From positions 3,793 to 67,792 of the forward strand of contig CAVZFW010000004.1 of the NCBI GenBank assembly GCA_963774705.1: 64,000 nucleotides of DNA, read 5' to 3'. A model generated the notes under the pieces. That model was given only the letters and a program-made list of their open reading frames with translations, was not told the DNA's origin and did no database searches. Position numbers and translations under genes: made by a program. Source of the stretch: an uncultured delta proteobacterium. Its GTDB lineage: Bacteria; Desulfobacterota; Binatia; Binatales; Binataceae. Positions 20,616 through 32,799 of the stretch are shown piece by piece (within the stretch, counting starts at the first letter, position 1; the number at the start of each line of letters is the position of its first letter).

Positions 20616-22418
20616 CTACTCCCCAACCTTCAGCAGGGCGAGGAATGCCTCCTGCGGAATTTCAACGCGGCCAACCTGCTTCATTCTTCGTTTGCCTTCC
20701 TTTTGCTTTTCCAACAGCTTGCGCTTGCGCGTAATGTCCCCGCCGTAGCACTTCGCCGTGACATTCTTGCGCAACGCCTTGACGCTCTCGCGCGCGATAA
20801 TCTTGGCTCCGATTGCGGCCTGAATCGCGACTTCGAACATCTGGCGCGGAATCAACTCGCGCATTTTTTCGCACAACGCCCGCCCCCGATCATACGCCTT
20901 CTCGCGATGTACAATTACGGACAGCGCGTCCACTGGCTCGCCGTTGATGCGAATGTCCAATTTAACCAGATGCTCCGGGCGGAAGTCTAGAAACTCATAG
21001 TCCAACGAGGCATAACCGCGGGTCGCCGACTTCAAGCGGTCGTAAAAGTCGAAAACGATCTCGGCCAGCGGCATCTCGTAATGCAAAATCGCGCGGTGAT
21101 GCCCCGAGTAACGCAGGTCGCGCTGCACCCCGCGACGTTCCTCGCACAGATGCATCACGGCACCCAGGAACTCCTCTGGCACATGGATCGCTGCCAGGAT
21201 GAACGGCTCCTCGATCGCTTCGACGGTGTTCTCATCCGGCAGATGCGCCGGATTGTCGACCATCATGGTCGTACCGGCATTCGTCCGCACCTGGTAGGCG
21301 ACGGTCGGCGCCGTTACGACCAAATCGAGGCCAAATTCACGCTCTAACCGCTCCTGCGCAATCTCCATGTGCAGCAGTCCGAGAAAGCCTGCGCGAAAGC
21401 CGAAGCCGAGCGCCTGCGACGACTCCGGCTCGACGATGATGCTCGCGTCGTTGAGCCGCAGTTTCTCGATCGCCTCGCGCAAATCTCCATATTGATTGGC
21501 TTCCGTCGGATACAGCCCGGCAAAGACCATCGGCTTCAGCTCTTTGAAGCCCGCCAACGGTTCGGCCGCCGGATTGTCAGCATCAGTGACGGTGTCGCCC
21601 ATGCGCATGTCCGCGACCGTCTTGATCCCGGCGACGACGAAGCCGACCTCTCCGGGACCGAGCGTGTCCGACTGTTGTTCATGTGGCGTGAAGTAGCCAA
21701 GCCGCATCACCTCGCCGAGCTTGCCGGTGCCCATCAAGCGCACGCGCATGCCGCGCTTGAGTTCGCCGTCGAAAACCCGCACGAGTCCAATCACACCTTC
21801 GTAAACGTCGTACCAACTGTCGAAAATCAGCGCCCGCGGCGGTTTGCTATTTCCGCTTGCCGGCGGTGGCACTAGGTCGACCAGTGCCTCGAGCACCTCC
21901 TCGATACCGACGCCTTCCTTCGCGCTGGTCAGAATCGCCGCACTCGCGTCGAGGCCAATTACCTGCTCGATTTGCTCACGAGTGCGTTCGACGTCGGCTC
22001 CCGGCAAATCGATCTTGTTTATCACCGGAACGATTTCGAGACCGTGATCCAGCGCCATGTACACGTTCGCCAAAGTCTGCGCTTCGACCCCCTGGCTGGC
22101 GTCAACCACCAGAAGCGCTCCTTCACAGGCGGCGAGACTGCGCGAAACTTCGTAAGCGAAGTCAACGTGGCCGGGAGTATCGATCAGATTCAGGACGTAA
22201 GTGCGGCCGTCCTTGGCCGCATAATTCAACCGCACCGAACGCGCCTTGATGGTGATCCCGCGCTCGCGTTCGAGATCCATCGAATCGAGGAATTGCTCTT
22301 TCAATTCGCGCTTGGTAAGCGCACCGGTGCGTTCGAGCAGGCGATCGGCAAGTGTGGATTTGCCGTGATCGATATGCGCGATTATCGAGAAATTCCGAAT
22401 CAGTTCGCGTGGCGTCAT
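20616..22418 (-). CDS. lepA: Translation elongation factor 4
   Basis: [35 protein letters not shown], and the C-terminal LepA-specific region. ATG at 22418 verified. Confidence 0.95.
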   Translation of the reverse strand: MTPRELIRNFSIIAHIDHGKSTLADRLLERTGALTKRELKEQFLDSMDLERERGITIKARSVRLNYAAKDGRTYVLNLIDTPGHVDFAYEVSRSLAACEGALLVVDASQGVEAQTLANVYMALDHGLEIVPVINKIDLPGADVERTREQIEQVIGLDASAAILTSAKEGVGIEEVLEALVDLVPPPASGNSKPPRALIFDSWYDVYEGVIGLVRVFDGELKRGMRVRLMGTGKLGEVMRLGYFTPHEQQSDTLGPGEVGFVVAGIKTVADMRMGDTVTDADNPAAEPLAGFKELKPMVFAGLYPTEANQYGDLREAIEKLRLNDASIIVEPESSQALGFGFRAGFLGLLHMEIAQERLEREFGLDLVVTAPTVAYQVRTNAGTTMMVDNPAHLPDENTVEAIEEPFILAAIHVPEEFLGAVMHLCEERRGVQRDLRYSGHHRAILHYEMPLAEIVFDFYDRLKSATRGYASLDYEFLDFRPEHLVKLDIRINGEPVDALSVIVHREKAYDRGRALCEKMRELIPRQMFEVAIQAAIGAKIIARESVKALRKNVTAKCYGGDITRKRKLLEKQKEGKRRMKQVGRVEIPQEAFLALLKVGE

Positions 22419-22554
22419 CGATACTTTGCTGCCGTCGCCGGGTCCGGGCACCCTGCCCGTTCAATCGAACCTCAACTTCCTGCGGGCTTCGGACTGCGTG
22501 AGTTACAACGGTAGCCTGCGCCGCGCCGTCCAGACGAACGATACTAGCATGGGG

Positions 22555-23494
22555 TCACGGCCGTTGCGCGATGCGCTGCTGGAAGAATTCGTAAGTGCGC
22601 CGGAGACCCTCTTCCAACGAGACCTGCGGCTTCCATCCAAGCTCATTCCCGGCGCGCCCTGCCGCGATCGCCGATCGGCTCTGCTCGCCCGGTCGCGCCG
22701 GTGCGTACGCGGCCGACTGGCCTGACTTCGCCACTCCGGCGAGCGTCCGGTAAAGTTGATTTACACTGGTTTCGATACCGGTGCCGACGTTAATCGGTCC
22801 GGTCACCGCTGCGGATACGGCCGCGACATTGGCGCGCACCACGTCGCCAACGTAAACGTAGTCGCGGGTCTGCTCGCCGTCGCCGAAGATCGTCACGGGT
22901 TGATTTCCGAGTAGCCGCCCACAAAAGATCGCAACCACTCCGGCCTCCCCATGGGGATCCTGGCGCGGTCCATAGACATTTGCGTAACGCATTGCGGCAT
23001 AATCGATTCCGTATTGAGCGCGATAGAAATAGAGATACGACTCGGTCGCGAACTTCGCGACCCCATACGGACTTACTGGCCGACACGGATGGCTTTCGTC
23101 GGCCGGAAAAAAATCCTGTTCACCGTAAATCGCGCCGCCGGTCGAAGAAAACACCACGCGCCGCAATCCGTGATGGCGCGCCGCCTCCATCAGGTTGAGG
23201 AAGCCGACGAGATTTACCTGGGCATCGAAGGACGGATCGGCGACCGATCGCCGCACGTCCATCTGCGCCGCAAAATGAATCATCACTTCGGGCCGCTCGC
23301 TGGCGATTATTCCGCCGACTGCCGCGGCGTCACGAATATCGGCCTGATAGAACCTTGCCGCCGGGTTAATCTGATCGCGTTTGCCCGCCGATAGGTCATC
23401 GATTATCGAGATATCGTGCGCGGCGGTCGCCGACCAACGCGTCCACCGTGTTCGACCCGATAAAGCCCGCGCCGCCGGTCACGAGGATCCGCAT
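22555..23494 (-). pseudogene. NAD-dependent epimerase/dehydratase (UDP-glucose 4-epimerase-like), one frameshift
   Basis: N-terminus MRILVTGGAGFIGSNTVDALV read from the ATG at 23494, then a stop. The rest (HDISIIDDLSAGK...MIHFAAQ...YGVAKF) is in the frame of ORF 22555..23286. Shift near 23415-23430. Confidence 0.85.
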
Positions 23495-23510
23495 GCTAAT
23501 TCCCCACGTT

Positions 23511-24822
23511 TTAGAGCGGCCGGCGACCGATTGAGTAGTAACGAAAGTCGAGCGCACGCATCAGCGCCGGATCGTAAAGATTCCTTCCGTCGAAGATCGT
23601 CGGCTGCTTCAGTGTCGCCTTGATCCGGTGGAAATTCGGATGCCGGAATTCGTTCCACTCGGTCAGAATCACCAATGCATCAGCGCCGGTCAGCGCATCG
23701 TAGTTGGTCTCGTGATAGTTGATCCGATCGCCAAAGATCCGCCGCGCCGATACCAGCGCCTCGGGATCGTGCGCCTGGACTTCGCGCTCCTGCCGCGAGC
23801 AATTCCTCGATTACCACCAGCGAGGGCGCCTCGCGCATGTCGTCGGTGCGCGGCTTGAAAGCGAGTCCCCAAATTGCGAACGTGCGGCCCTCAAGCTCGC
23901 CGTCGAAGTGCTGCTTGACGCGATCGACCAGCAGGCGCTTCTGACTCGTCGTTAACCGCGTCGGTCGCCTTCAGCAGGGTGAAGTCGAGGTTCTGGTCGG
24001 CCGCGCTGTGAATCAGCGCCTGCACGTCCTTGGGAAAACACGAGCCGCCATAGCCGACGCCCGGAAAGAGAAATTGCGTGCCGATGCGCCGGTCGGAGCC
24101 CATGCCGCGCCGCACGTCGTTGATTTCCGCGCCCACCGCCTCGCACAGGTTCGCCATCTGATTGATAAACGAAATCCGGATCGCGAGCATCGCATTCGAG
24201 GCATACTTGGTCAGTTCGGCCGATCGCGGATCCATCACCAGCAGCGGATTATCGGTGCGCAGAAACGGCGCGTGGACCTCGCGCAGAATCGTCGTCGCCT
24301 GCTCGCTGGTGGATCCGATCACCACGCGATCGGGACGCATGAAATCCTCGATCGCGGAACCTTCCTTGAGAAATTCCGGCACCGAGCATACGTCGATCCG
24401 ATGGCTCCGCGTGCGCTCGACCAGCTCGCGCACCTTGTCGTTGGTTCCGACCGGAACGGTGCTCTTGATCGCGATAATGTGATAGCCGGTCGCCGCCGCG
24501 CGCGATCGCCTTCGGCCGCGCCGAGTACGCCGCTCAAATCCGCCGCGCCGGTCGCGCTCATCGGCGTGCCGACCGCTATAAATGACACCATCGACTGGCT
24601 AATCGCGCTGACCAGGTCGGTGGTGAAGCTGATCCGCTTTTCCTTGAGGTTGCGCCGCACCAGTTCTTCGAGCCCCGGCTCGTAGATCGGCACCTTGCCG
24701 GACTTGAGCTGCTCGATCCGCTCCTGATCGATATCGACGCATACGACTTCGTTGCCGCTTTCGGCGAAGCAGGTGCCGCTCACCAGCCCGACGTAACCGG
24801 TGCCCACCACTGCGATATTCAT
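23511..24822 (-). pseudogene. ugd: UDP-glucose 6-dehydrogenase, about four frameshifts
   Basis: MNIAVVGTGYVGLVSG, PEFLKEGSAIEDF, GYGGSCFPKD, and C-terminal [19 protein letters not shown]...FRYYSIGRRPL*, all recovered from different frames. Extra bases inferred near 23947 and 23784; further shifts near 24435 and 24520. Confidence 0.9.
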
Positions 24823-24829
24823 CGGCTTG

Positions 24830-25772
24830 TTAAAACTCCTCTTTGACCACGTAGATCGGCTTGTTCTGCGATTCGTGATAAGTGCGCGCGATCATTTCGC
24901 CAATCAGTCCCAGGCTTACGAATTGTACACCGACTACCACCAGCAGTACCGCCAACAGAAGCGCCGGCCGATTTCCCAACGGCCATCCAAGAATCACCTT
25001 TTCAAACACCAGGATCGCGGTCCAGATCGAACCGAAGCCTGCCGAGCACTACGCCGATCGCGCCAAACACCTGAATCGGCCGGGTCGAATAGCCCGACAG
25101 AAATCGCACCGTCAGCAGATCGAGGATCGTGCGGATGATCCGGCCCGGGACCGTACTTCGAACGGCCCGTCCGCCGCGGACGGAAGTTGACTTCGACTTC
25201 TGCGATTCGCGCGCCCTGCTCCGCCGCGATCGCCGGCACGAACCGATGCATCTCGCCGTAGAGCATCAGGCGCCGCGCCAGATCACGCCGGTACGCCTTC
25301 AGCGTGCAGCCGTAGTCGTGCAGCGCCACCCCGGTGATGCGCGAGATCAGTCGCGTTCGCCGCGACCGACGGCAGCCGCCGCGTCAACGCCGCGTTGCGC
25401 CAGCGATCGGTGCGCCAGCCGCTCACGAGGTCGTAGCCTTCGTTAAGCTTTGCCAGCAGCCGCGGAATGTCGGCGGGATCGTTCTCGCCGTCGCCGTCGA
25501 TCGCCACGACCACGTCGCCTTGCGCATGTTGAAGTCCGCAGGCGAGCGCCGCGGTCTGACCGGAATTGCGCGCCAGCCGAATCACTCGCACATGCGCGTC
25601 GCGCGCCTTGATTTCGCGCAGCACACGCTTCGCTGCCATCGGTGCTGCCGTCATCGATAAACACTATCTCGTACGAATAGCCAGCGCGCCCAGCACCTGC
25701 TCGAGTTCCGCGTGCAGCGGCGACAGATTATCCCGCTCGTTGATAGAGCGGAATAACTATTGAGAGATCCAT
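24830..25772 (-). pseudogene. Family 2 glycosyltransferase (polyprenyl-phosphate sugar transferase type), several frameshifts
   Basis: Fragments MDLSIVIPLYNERDNL, FIDDGSTDGS, RLARNSGQTAALACG, AIDGDGEND, LHDYGCTLKAYRR and the C-terminal TM tail ...GLIGEMIARTYHESQNKPIYVVKEEF* lie in at least four frames. Confidence 0.8.
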
Positions 25773-26688
25773 CGCGAATGATGCGAATCGGTCAGCTCGA
25801 TAAAGGCGCGGTAACGCTGCTCGATATCCTCCCAGGTCAACGCCGCGACGCGCTTGACTGAGAATTGCTCGACCGACGAACGATCCCAGGACACAGCCGT
25901 ACACCACCGCCGTCCGCAGGACCGATTCGTTGACTCACGCCCTTGCGCGCGATATAACCCATGAACGCGCCGGCAAAAGTGTCGCCCGCGCCGGTCGGAT
26001 CGATTACTTCCTCGAGCGGATAGGCCGGCACCGCGAACATCGCATCCTTGCTGAATTGCAGCACGCCGTACTCGCCGCGCTTGACCAGTACCGTATCCGG
26101 TCCCATCTTGATAATCGCACGTCCGGCCTTGACCAGATTATGCTCGCCGCTGAGCATCCGCGCCTCTTCGTCGTTGAGCGTCAGGATGTCGATCTCGCGG
26201 CAACAATGTGACCAGCGCCGCGCGATCGTTTTCGATCCAATGGTTCATCGTGTCGGCGGCGACGACCTTCGGACTGGCCACCTGGTCGAGCACATGCGCC
26301 TGCAATTCGGGCGAGATATTGGCCAGAAAGACGTAATCGGCGCGGCGTCTGATCCGGCAGCAGATCGGGCCTGAAATCCGTCAAACACATTCAGCGCGAG
26401 ACTGATCGTGTCGCGCACATTCATGTCTTCGTGGTAGCGGCCGTGCCAGCGAAAGGTCGGACCGTCGCGCTCGTATCATCCCACGCAAATCGACTCCGCG
26501 ATCGGCAAACAATCCGCCGATCCTCATCGCGAAAATCGGTCCCGACCGCCGCGACAATGCTGACCGGTGCGAAGAAACGCGCCGCCAGCGCGAAATAACT
26601 GACCGATCCGCCGAGCGCCTCCTTGACGCCTGCCGTGCTGCGTCTCGATCGTGTCGTATCCAATCGTACCAACTGCCACAATACTCAT
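25757..26688 (-). pseudogene. PfkB-family carbohydrate kinase, several frameshifts
   Basis: MSIVAVGTIGYDTIET..., GGSVSYFALAA, and VIDPTGAGDTFAGAFMGY (the PfkB DTxGAGD motif). The tail LTWEDIEQRYRAFIELT...* ends at 25757. Confidence 0.75.
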
Positions 26689-26702
26689 TTGAATGCAGAT
26701 AC

Positions 26703-27638
26703 TCATCTCGATTTCGACAATGTCGGCAATTGCGGACCGCGTTTCGGCTGGCCTGCAGGTATTTTAATATACTTGCCGATTATCGGTGTCGAGCTGTGCG
26801 ACTGTCTCCGGCGGATCATCGCACGATCGGTGATAATTGCATCCTTCAGCGAATGCGCGCACACGGCAAGTCCGCATCCCGCGCGCCGAGCGCCCGCGCC
26901 AGATTCATCACCGCCTGCTGCGCCTACTCCACATTGAGCCGCATCACGCGCAGGATTTCGCCGATATCGACCGCCGCGACACTCTCGATGCCAGCAGTCG
27001 TAGTCCGTCACCAGCACCAGCACCGCGTAACAAAGCTCCGCCTCGCGCGCGAGCCGGGCCTCCTGCATCGCAGTCATGCTGATCACGTCGACGCCCCAGC
27101 TGCGATAGAGATTCGATTCAGCGCGACGTCGAGAATTGCGGCCCTTCGATACAGAAGTAGGTGCCGCCTTCATGAACCTTCGCACCGGTCGCGCGGCCCG
27201 CCGCGGCCAGGTCGCGGCTCAAATCCGCGCACACCGGATCGGCCAGCGAGACGTGCCCGACGATGCCCTCGCCGAAGAAAGTCGGCATGCCGCACATAAG
27301 TGTGATCGATGAACTGATCGGCCACCAGCAGATCGCCCGGCGCGATATGCTCTTTCATGCTGCCGGCGGAGCTCACCGAGACCAGATGCTCGACGCCGAG
27401 CTTCTTCATCCCCCACGAGATTCGCGCGATAGTTCAGCTCGCTCGGCAATATCCGATGACCCCGGCCATGGCGCGACAGAAAGATAACTTCGACCTCGCC
27501 GAGCCGTGCCTCGATAATAGGTATCGGACGGCGCTCCGAATGGCGTCGTCGAGCGCGACCTCCTCGACCCGTTCGAGGCCGCTCATCTGGTAGAAGCCGC
27601 TGCCGCCGATTATGCCCAGTACCGTCTTTTCCTGCCAT
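26703..27638 (-). pseudogene. mtnP: S-methyl-5'-thioadenosine phosphorylase, several frameshifts
   Basis: [63 protein letters not shown], spread over at least four frames. An extra base is inferred near 27626, just after the ATG at 27638. Confidence 0.85.
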
Positions 27639-27668
27639 CCGCTTTCGATTCGTTCCCGGCGCCCCAGC

Positions 27669-28773
27669 CTAGCCGTCGCTTCTGCGACTCGCTGCGCTGT
27701 CGCGCTCCGCATACAATTGGCCGCACGCCGCCGCGATATCCCGCCCGCGGCTCTCCCGGATCGTTGCGGTCAAATTACCCCGATGCAGAATCGCTTGAAA
27801 GGCCTCGACCCGCGCGCGCGAGCTCGGCGCGAAACGGCGCACCCGGAAATGGATTGAAGAAAGATCAGATTGACTTTCGCCCGCAGTGGCGCGAGCATCT
27901 TCACCAGCCGGCGCGCATCGTCGAGCGAATCGTTGACGCCGTCGAGCATCACATACTCGAACGTGATCCGCCGCCGTCGCGCGATCGGCAACGCCTTGCA
28001 CGCGTCGATCAGGACGCGTCAGCGGATAGCGCTTATTGATCGGCGCGATCCGATCGCGCACCTCGTCCGTCGTCGCATGCAGCGAGACCGCCAGATGCAC
28101 CGGAAAGTCCGCCAGCAAGCGATCCATCGATGGCACCAGTCCCACCGTCGAGACCGTTATCCGCCGCGGCGAGATCCCCATCCCCCACTCCGCCGTCATG
28201 ATCGTCAGCGCCCGATGCAGCCGCGGATAGTTCGCCAGCGGCTCGCCCATGCCCATGAAAACGTAGTTCGTCAGATATCTTCGCCGGAGTCGAGTTCGCG
28301 CCGCGCCGCCATCACCTGGCCGAGAATCTCACCCGCAGCCAGATTCCGATGGAGTCCCATTCTGCGCCGTCGCGCAAAAGCCGCAGCCCATCGCGCATCC
28401 GGCCTGACTCGAGATGCACAGCGTGGTCCGTCCGTCCGTCGGGATGATCACGCTCTCGATTTCTTCCGCATCGCGCAGCCGGATCAGCAGCTTGCGCGTG
28501 CCATCGATCGACCGCGCAACGTGCACCTGCGGCAGTCGTTCCGATGCTGAAGCGGTCCTTCAAGTTGTTCGCGAAAGTGCCGCCGGCAGGTCGTGCATCG
28601 CGTCGAACGATTCCGCTCCGCGATTCCATAGCCATCCCATGATCTGCCGAGCGCGAAACGATCGCTCGCCGGCGTCGCGCACGACTCGCTTCGAGTTCGT
28701 CGAGCGAGAGGTCGCGCACGTCGGGCTTGATCGACTCAGCGGCGCGCGCCGCGGATGCATGAAGTTGGCTCAC
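27669..28773 (-). pseudogene. rlmN: 23S rRNA/tRNA A2503/A37 methyltransferase (radical SAM), several frameshifts
   Basis: [24 protein letters not shown], the radical-SAM cluster [32 protein letters not shown]-like VSTVGLVP, and C-terminal IRESRGRDIAAACGQL, in different frames. Confidence 0.9.
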
Positions 28774-28857
28774 GCCCGCTATTGTAAACGAATCTCGCGG
28801 ATTATCGAAGCCCGTCGCCGTCCGACACTGAGCGGCAGAGCTTGCGCGCCGAGATCT

Positions 28858-29275
28858 TCAGGAGAGGAGTTCGAGGCCGCGAAAGAAAAATGCTATCTCG
28901 TTGGCGGCGGTCTCAGGCGCGTCCGATCCGTGCGTGGCATTCTGCTCGACGTTCTGCCCGAAGTCCTTGCGAATCGTGCCCGCTGCCGCCTTGGCCGGAT
29001 CGGTCGCGCCCATCAGGTCGCGCCAGCGTTTGATCGCGCCCTCGCCTTCCAGCACCGCGACGATCACCGGACCCGAAGTCATGTAGTCGCACAAGCGATT
29101 TGTAGAACGGCCGTTCTTTGTGAACCGCGTAGAACGATTCGGCTTCGGCGCGCGTCAATTGCGTCAGGCGAAGACCCACCACGCGCAGGCCATTCTCTTC
29201 GATGCGCTTGAGAATGTCGCCGGCCAGGTGACGCGCGACCGCATCGGGTTTGAAAATCGCGAAGGTTCTTTCCAT
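28858..29275 (-). pseudogene. ndk: Nucleoside diphosphate kinase, one frameshift
   Basis: MERTFAIFKPDAV...[14 protein letters not shown] (ORF 28913..29275), then [20 protein letters not shown]...NATHGSD (ORF 28858..29094). Junction near 29095-29100. Confidence 0.9.
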
Positions 29276-29330
29276 GAAAAAACTACTTAATGCTTTCCTT
29301 TAGCTTTTCGGGGCGGTTCTATACGAGCGC

Positions 29331-30212
29331 TCAAGCGGCTTTGCTGTCGAGCAGATTCTTCATCGTGATACCGAGTTCGGCCGGGCTCATCGCGACCGCG
29401 ATGCCCGCCGCCATCAGCGCCGCGATCTTGTCCGCCGCAGTGCCGCGCCCGCCTGAGATGATCGCTCCTGCATGTCCCATCCGGCGTCCTTTCGGCGCAG
29501 TCTGCCCCGCGATGAACGCGACCACCGGCTTCTTGAAGTTTTGCTTTATGTATAACGCGGCCTCTTCCTCGGCGCTGCCGCCGATTTCGCCGATCATGAT
29601 GACCGCGCGCGTCGCCGGATCAGCGTTGAACAGTTTCAGGATGTCGATATGCCCGCTGCCGACGATCGGGTCGCCGCCGATGCCGACGCAACTCGATTGT
29701 CCAATGCCCAACTGCGTCAACTGGTACACCGCCTCGTAGGTGAGCGTGCCGGATCGCGAAACTACGCCAACATCACCGGGCTTGTGAATGTAGCCGGGCA
29801 TGATGCCGATTTTGCATTCGCCCGGAGTGATCACGCCCGGGCAGTTAGGGCCGATTAGACGGCTGTTGGTGCCGCGCATGTAGCGGCTGACCTTGACCAT
29901 GTCGAGCACCGGCACGCCCTCTGTAATGCAGATGACGAGCTCGATACCGGCCGCGACCGCTTCCAGAATCGCATCGGCGGCAAACGGCGGCGGCACATAG
30001 ATCACCGTTGCGTTGGCCCCCGTCGCTTTGCGCGCCTGCTCGACGGTATCGAAAATCGGAATCCCTTCGAAGTCCGTCCCGCCCTTGCCCGGCACTACGC
30101 CGCCCACCATCTGGGTGCCGTATTCCTTGCATGCGCGCGTGTGTATTTGCCCGGTGGCGCCGGTGATGCCCTGAGTCAGGACGCGGGTGTTTTTGTTGAC
30201 GAGAATGCTCAT
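29331..30212 (-). CDS. sucD: Succinate--CoA ligase subunit alpha
   Basis: 293-aa uninterrupted ORF: [27 protein letters not shown], and the phosphohistidine loop GHAGAII. Confidence 0.95.
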   Translation of the reverse strand: MSILVNKNTRVLTQGITGATGQIHTRACKEYGTQMVGGVVPGKGGTDFEGIPIFDTVEQARKATGANATVIYVPPPFAADAILEAVAAGIELVICITEGVPVLDMVKVSRYMRGTNSRLIGPNCPGVITPGECKIGIMPGYIHKPGDVGVVSRSGTLTYEAVYQLTQLGIGQSSCVGIGGDPIVGSGHIDILKLFNADPATRAVIMIGEIGGSAEEEAALYIKQNFKKPVVAFIAGQTAPKGRRMGHAGAIISGGRGTAADKIAALMAAGIAVAMSPAELGITMKNLLDSKAA

Positions 30213-30230
30213 CTTGCTTGCGCTCGCTGC

Positions 30231-31402
30231 TTACGCTCGTTGGCCAATCGCTTCGACCACGCGGCGCGCCGCGTCGGCCATGTCGTTGGCGGCGATCACC
30301 TTGATGCCGGAGTCCTTTAGAATCTGCTTGCCCTTATCGACGTTGGTGCCTTCCATCCTGCACCACTAGCGGGATACTGAGCTTGACCTCGCGCGCTGCG
30401 TCGACCACGCCCTGCGCGAGTACGTCGCACAACATGATGCCGCCGAAGATGTTGACCAGCACCGCCTTCACACGTTCGTCGGCGAGCAGGATACGAAACG
30501 CCGCGGCGACCTTTTGCGAATTCGCCCCGCCGCCAACGTCGAGAAAGTTCGCCGGCTCGGCGCCGTAATACTTCACGATGTCCATCGTCGCCATCGCGAG
30601 ACCCGCGCCGTTGACCATGCAGCCGATGTTGCCGTCCAGATGGACGTAGCTCAGGTCGAACTTCGAGGCCTCGACCTCGGCCGGGTCCTCCTCGTTGGGG
30701 TCACGCAGTTCGCGGATATCGGGATGACGAAAGAGGCCGTTGTCGTCGAACGCCATCTTGGCGTCGAGACAAATCACGCTGCCGTCTTTGGTGACGACCA
30801 GCGGATTGATTTCGACCAGTGACGCGTCGGTCTCGACGAAGGCGCGATACAGCGCGGTAATTAGCGTCCGTAAATTGTCCGACCTGCTTATCACGCAGGC
30901 CCAACGCGAATGCGATCTCGCGCGCCTGGAAGCTCGCCAGCCCGATCACCGGATCGACCGGCTTGTGGTGATTCGTTCCGGCGTCTTGGCGGCGACTTCT
31001 TCGATCTCCATCCCGCCCTCGGTGCTCGCGATCACCGCGACGCTCTCGGATTTGCGATCGACCACCATGCCGAGGTACAGCTCGCGCGCGACTTCGCTCG
31101 CTTGCTCGAGGTAAACGCGGCGCACGACGCGGCCCTCGGGACCGGTCTGATGTGTGACCAGCGGCTTGCCGAGAATCTTCGTCGCGAATTCCCGGGCCTC
31201 GGCCGCACTCGAAATCAGCTTGACGCCGCCGGCTTTGCCGCGCCCGCCCGCATGGATCTGCGCCTTGATCACGACCTTCGGCTGCCCCAGCGATTCGAAT
31301 GCCTTAGCCGCCTCGTCCGGTGTCGAGGCCGGCAGTCCCTTTGGGCACCGGCACGCCGAAGCGCCCGAGCACCTGCTTGGCCTGAAATTCGTGGATGTTC
31401 AT
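30231..31402 (-). pseudogene. sucC: Succinate--CoA ligase subunit beta, about five frameshifts
   Basis: MNIHEFQAKQVLGRFGVPVP (ATG at 31402), [48 protein letters not shown], and [16 protein letters not shown] are all present, but in five frame segments. Shifts are near 31336, 31275, 30955, 30885 and 30350. Confidence 0.9.
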
Positions 31403-31456
31403 GAGCTACCTTTTAACGCGATCCTTCTACGCCTGTAGCGCCCGAATGCGACGGTG

Positions 31457-32392
31457 TCACGCGCCGATTACCTTGTCCATCGCCTCGACCAGTTCGCGCA
31501 CATGCGCGACCGAACTCTCGAAGGCCTTCTTCTCCGCAGCGGTCAATTCGATCTGCATGATGCGCTCGACGCCCGCGCCGCCAATTACCACCGGCACCCC
31601 GGCGAAGAGCCCGTTAACGCCGTATTCGCCTTCGAGATAGGCCGCCGCCGGCAGAACTTCCTTGCGGTCGAGAATAAACGCTTCGACCATCCGATAAACT
31701 GCGGTGCCCGCCGCGTAGTACGACGAGGTCTTCATCAGGTTGACGATCTCGGCGCCGCCGTTGCGCGTGCGCACTTCGATCTCGTCGAGGCGCTTCGCCG
31801 CTATCAGCTTATCGACCGGCTGTCCGCCCACCGTGGTGTAGCTGCGCACCGGCACCATGTCGTCGCCATGCCCGCCCAGCACCATCGCATTGACGCTATC
31901 GACCGACACGTTGAGCTCGGCGGCGAGGAAGGTCCGATAACGCGCCGAATCGAGCACTCCCGCCTGTCCGACGATCCGATCCTTGCGGAGACCGCTCACG
32001 CGCTTGAGTTGCGTGACCATCGCGTCGAGCGGATTCGTCACCGCAATCACGAAGGCGTCCGGCGCATGCTGCTTGATCGCCTGCCCGACGGTATTCATCA
32101 CGCCGGCGTTAATCTTCAGCAGATCGTCGCGGCTCATCCCCGGTTTGCGCGGCGACCCCGAGGTCACCACGATACAGTCGGCGCCCGCGATATCCTTGAT
32201 CTCGGTCGTGCCGATAACGCTGACGTCAACGCCGAGCACCGGCGCCGATTCGAGCATGTCGAGCGCCTTGCCCTGCGGCAGTCCGTCGATAATGTCGTAG
32301 AGGACGATGTCGCCGAGGCTGCGCAGGAAGCAGAGGTGGGCGCAGGTTGCGCCGACATTACCGGCGCCGATGAACGCAATTTTTTTTCTCAT
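31457..32392 (-). CDS. mdh: Malate dehydrogenase (LDH-like family)
   Basis: 311 aa, MRKKIAFIGAGNVGAT, with an SGSPRKPGMSRDDL-type loop. Intact. Confidence 0.95.
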   Translation of the reverse strand: MRKKIAFIGAGNVGATCAHLCFLRSLGDIVLYDIIDGLPQGKALDMLESAPVLGVDVSVIGTTEIKDIAGADCIVVTSGSPRKPGMSRDDLLKINAGVMNTVGQAIKQHAPDAFVIAVTNPLDAMVTQLKRVSGLRKDRIVGQAGVLDSARYRTFLAAELNVSVDSVNAMVLGGHGDDMVPVRSYTTVGGQPVDKLIAAKRLDEIEVRTRNGGAEIVNLMKTSSYYAAGTAVYRMVEAFILDRKEVLPAAAYLEGEYGVNGLFAGVPVVIGGAGVERIMQIELTAAEKKAFESSVAHVRELVEAMDKVIGA

Positions 32393-32799
32393 AGCTACGA
32401 TTTGACTCGATGTGCGCGGCGATCCGCCGCCGTTTGAGCGTTACTTATATCTTCGCCGTCGGCACTTTCGCAAATCTAACACGGAATCTTGCTACCGTAC
32501 AGCGACTCGCGCATGTGCGCCGCGTCAGGATGAAAACCGCGATCGTCGCATACGCCGGTCCGCCGAGTACTGCTTGGTCGCGCGGAAATCCAAATTAAAT
32601 ATCAACCCGTCGCTCCGATGTGAAGATGCCGCGAGCAGTACGTACGTTGCGACCAGCGTAATTGATAGGAGTCCACGTGGATCGAACCGTTCACGCGAAT
32701 TAATTGGAGCGGCGGACGGTTTTGTTGGCGAGCGCAGTATCGTGCTAAAGGAACGGCAATCCAACGACATCAAAGATAGAGGTTTCTGGAGGAACCGCC

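Noticed and set aside
32670-32700. A tRNA-like T-loop (GGATCGAACC) in the mdh/SnoaL gap
   Set aside because: The flanking bases do not form a T-stem or acceptor stem. No tRNA cloverleaf could be drawn here or in any other intergenic gap.
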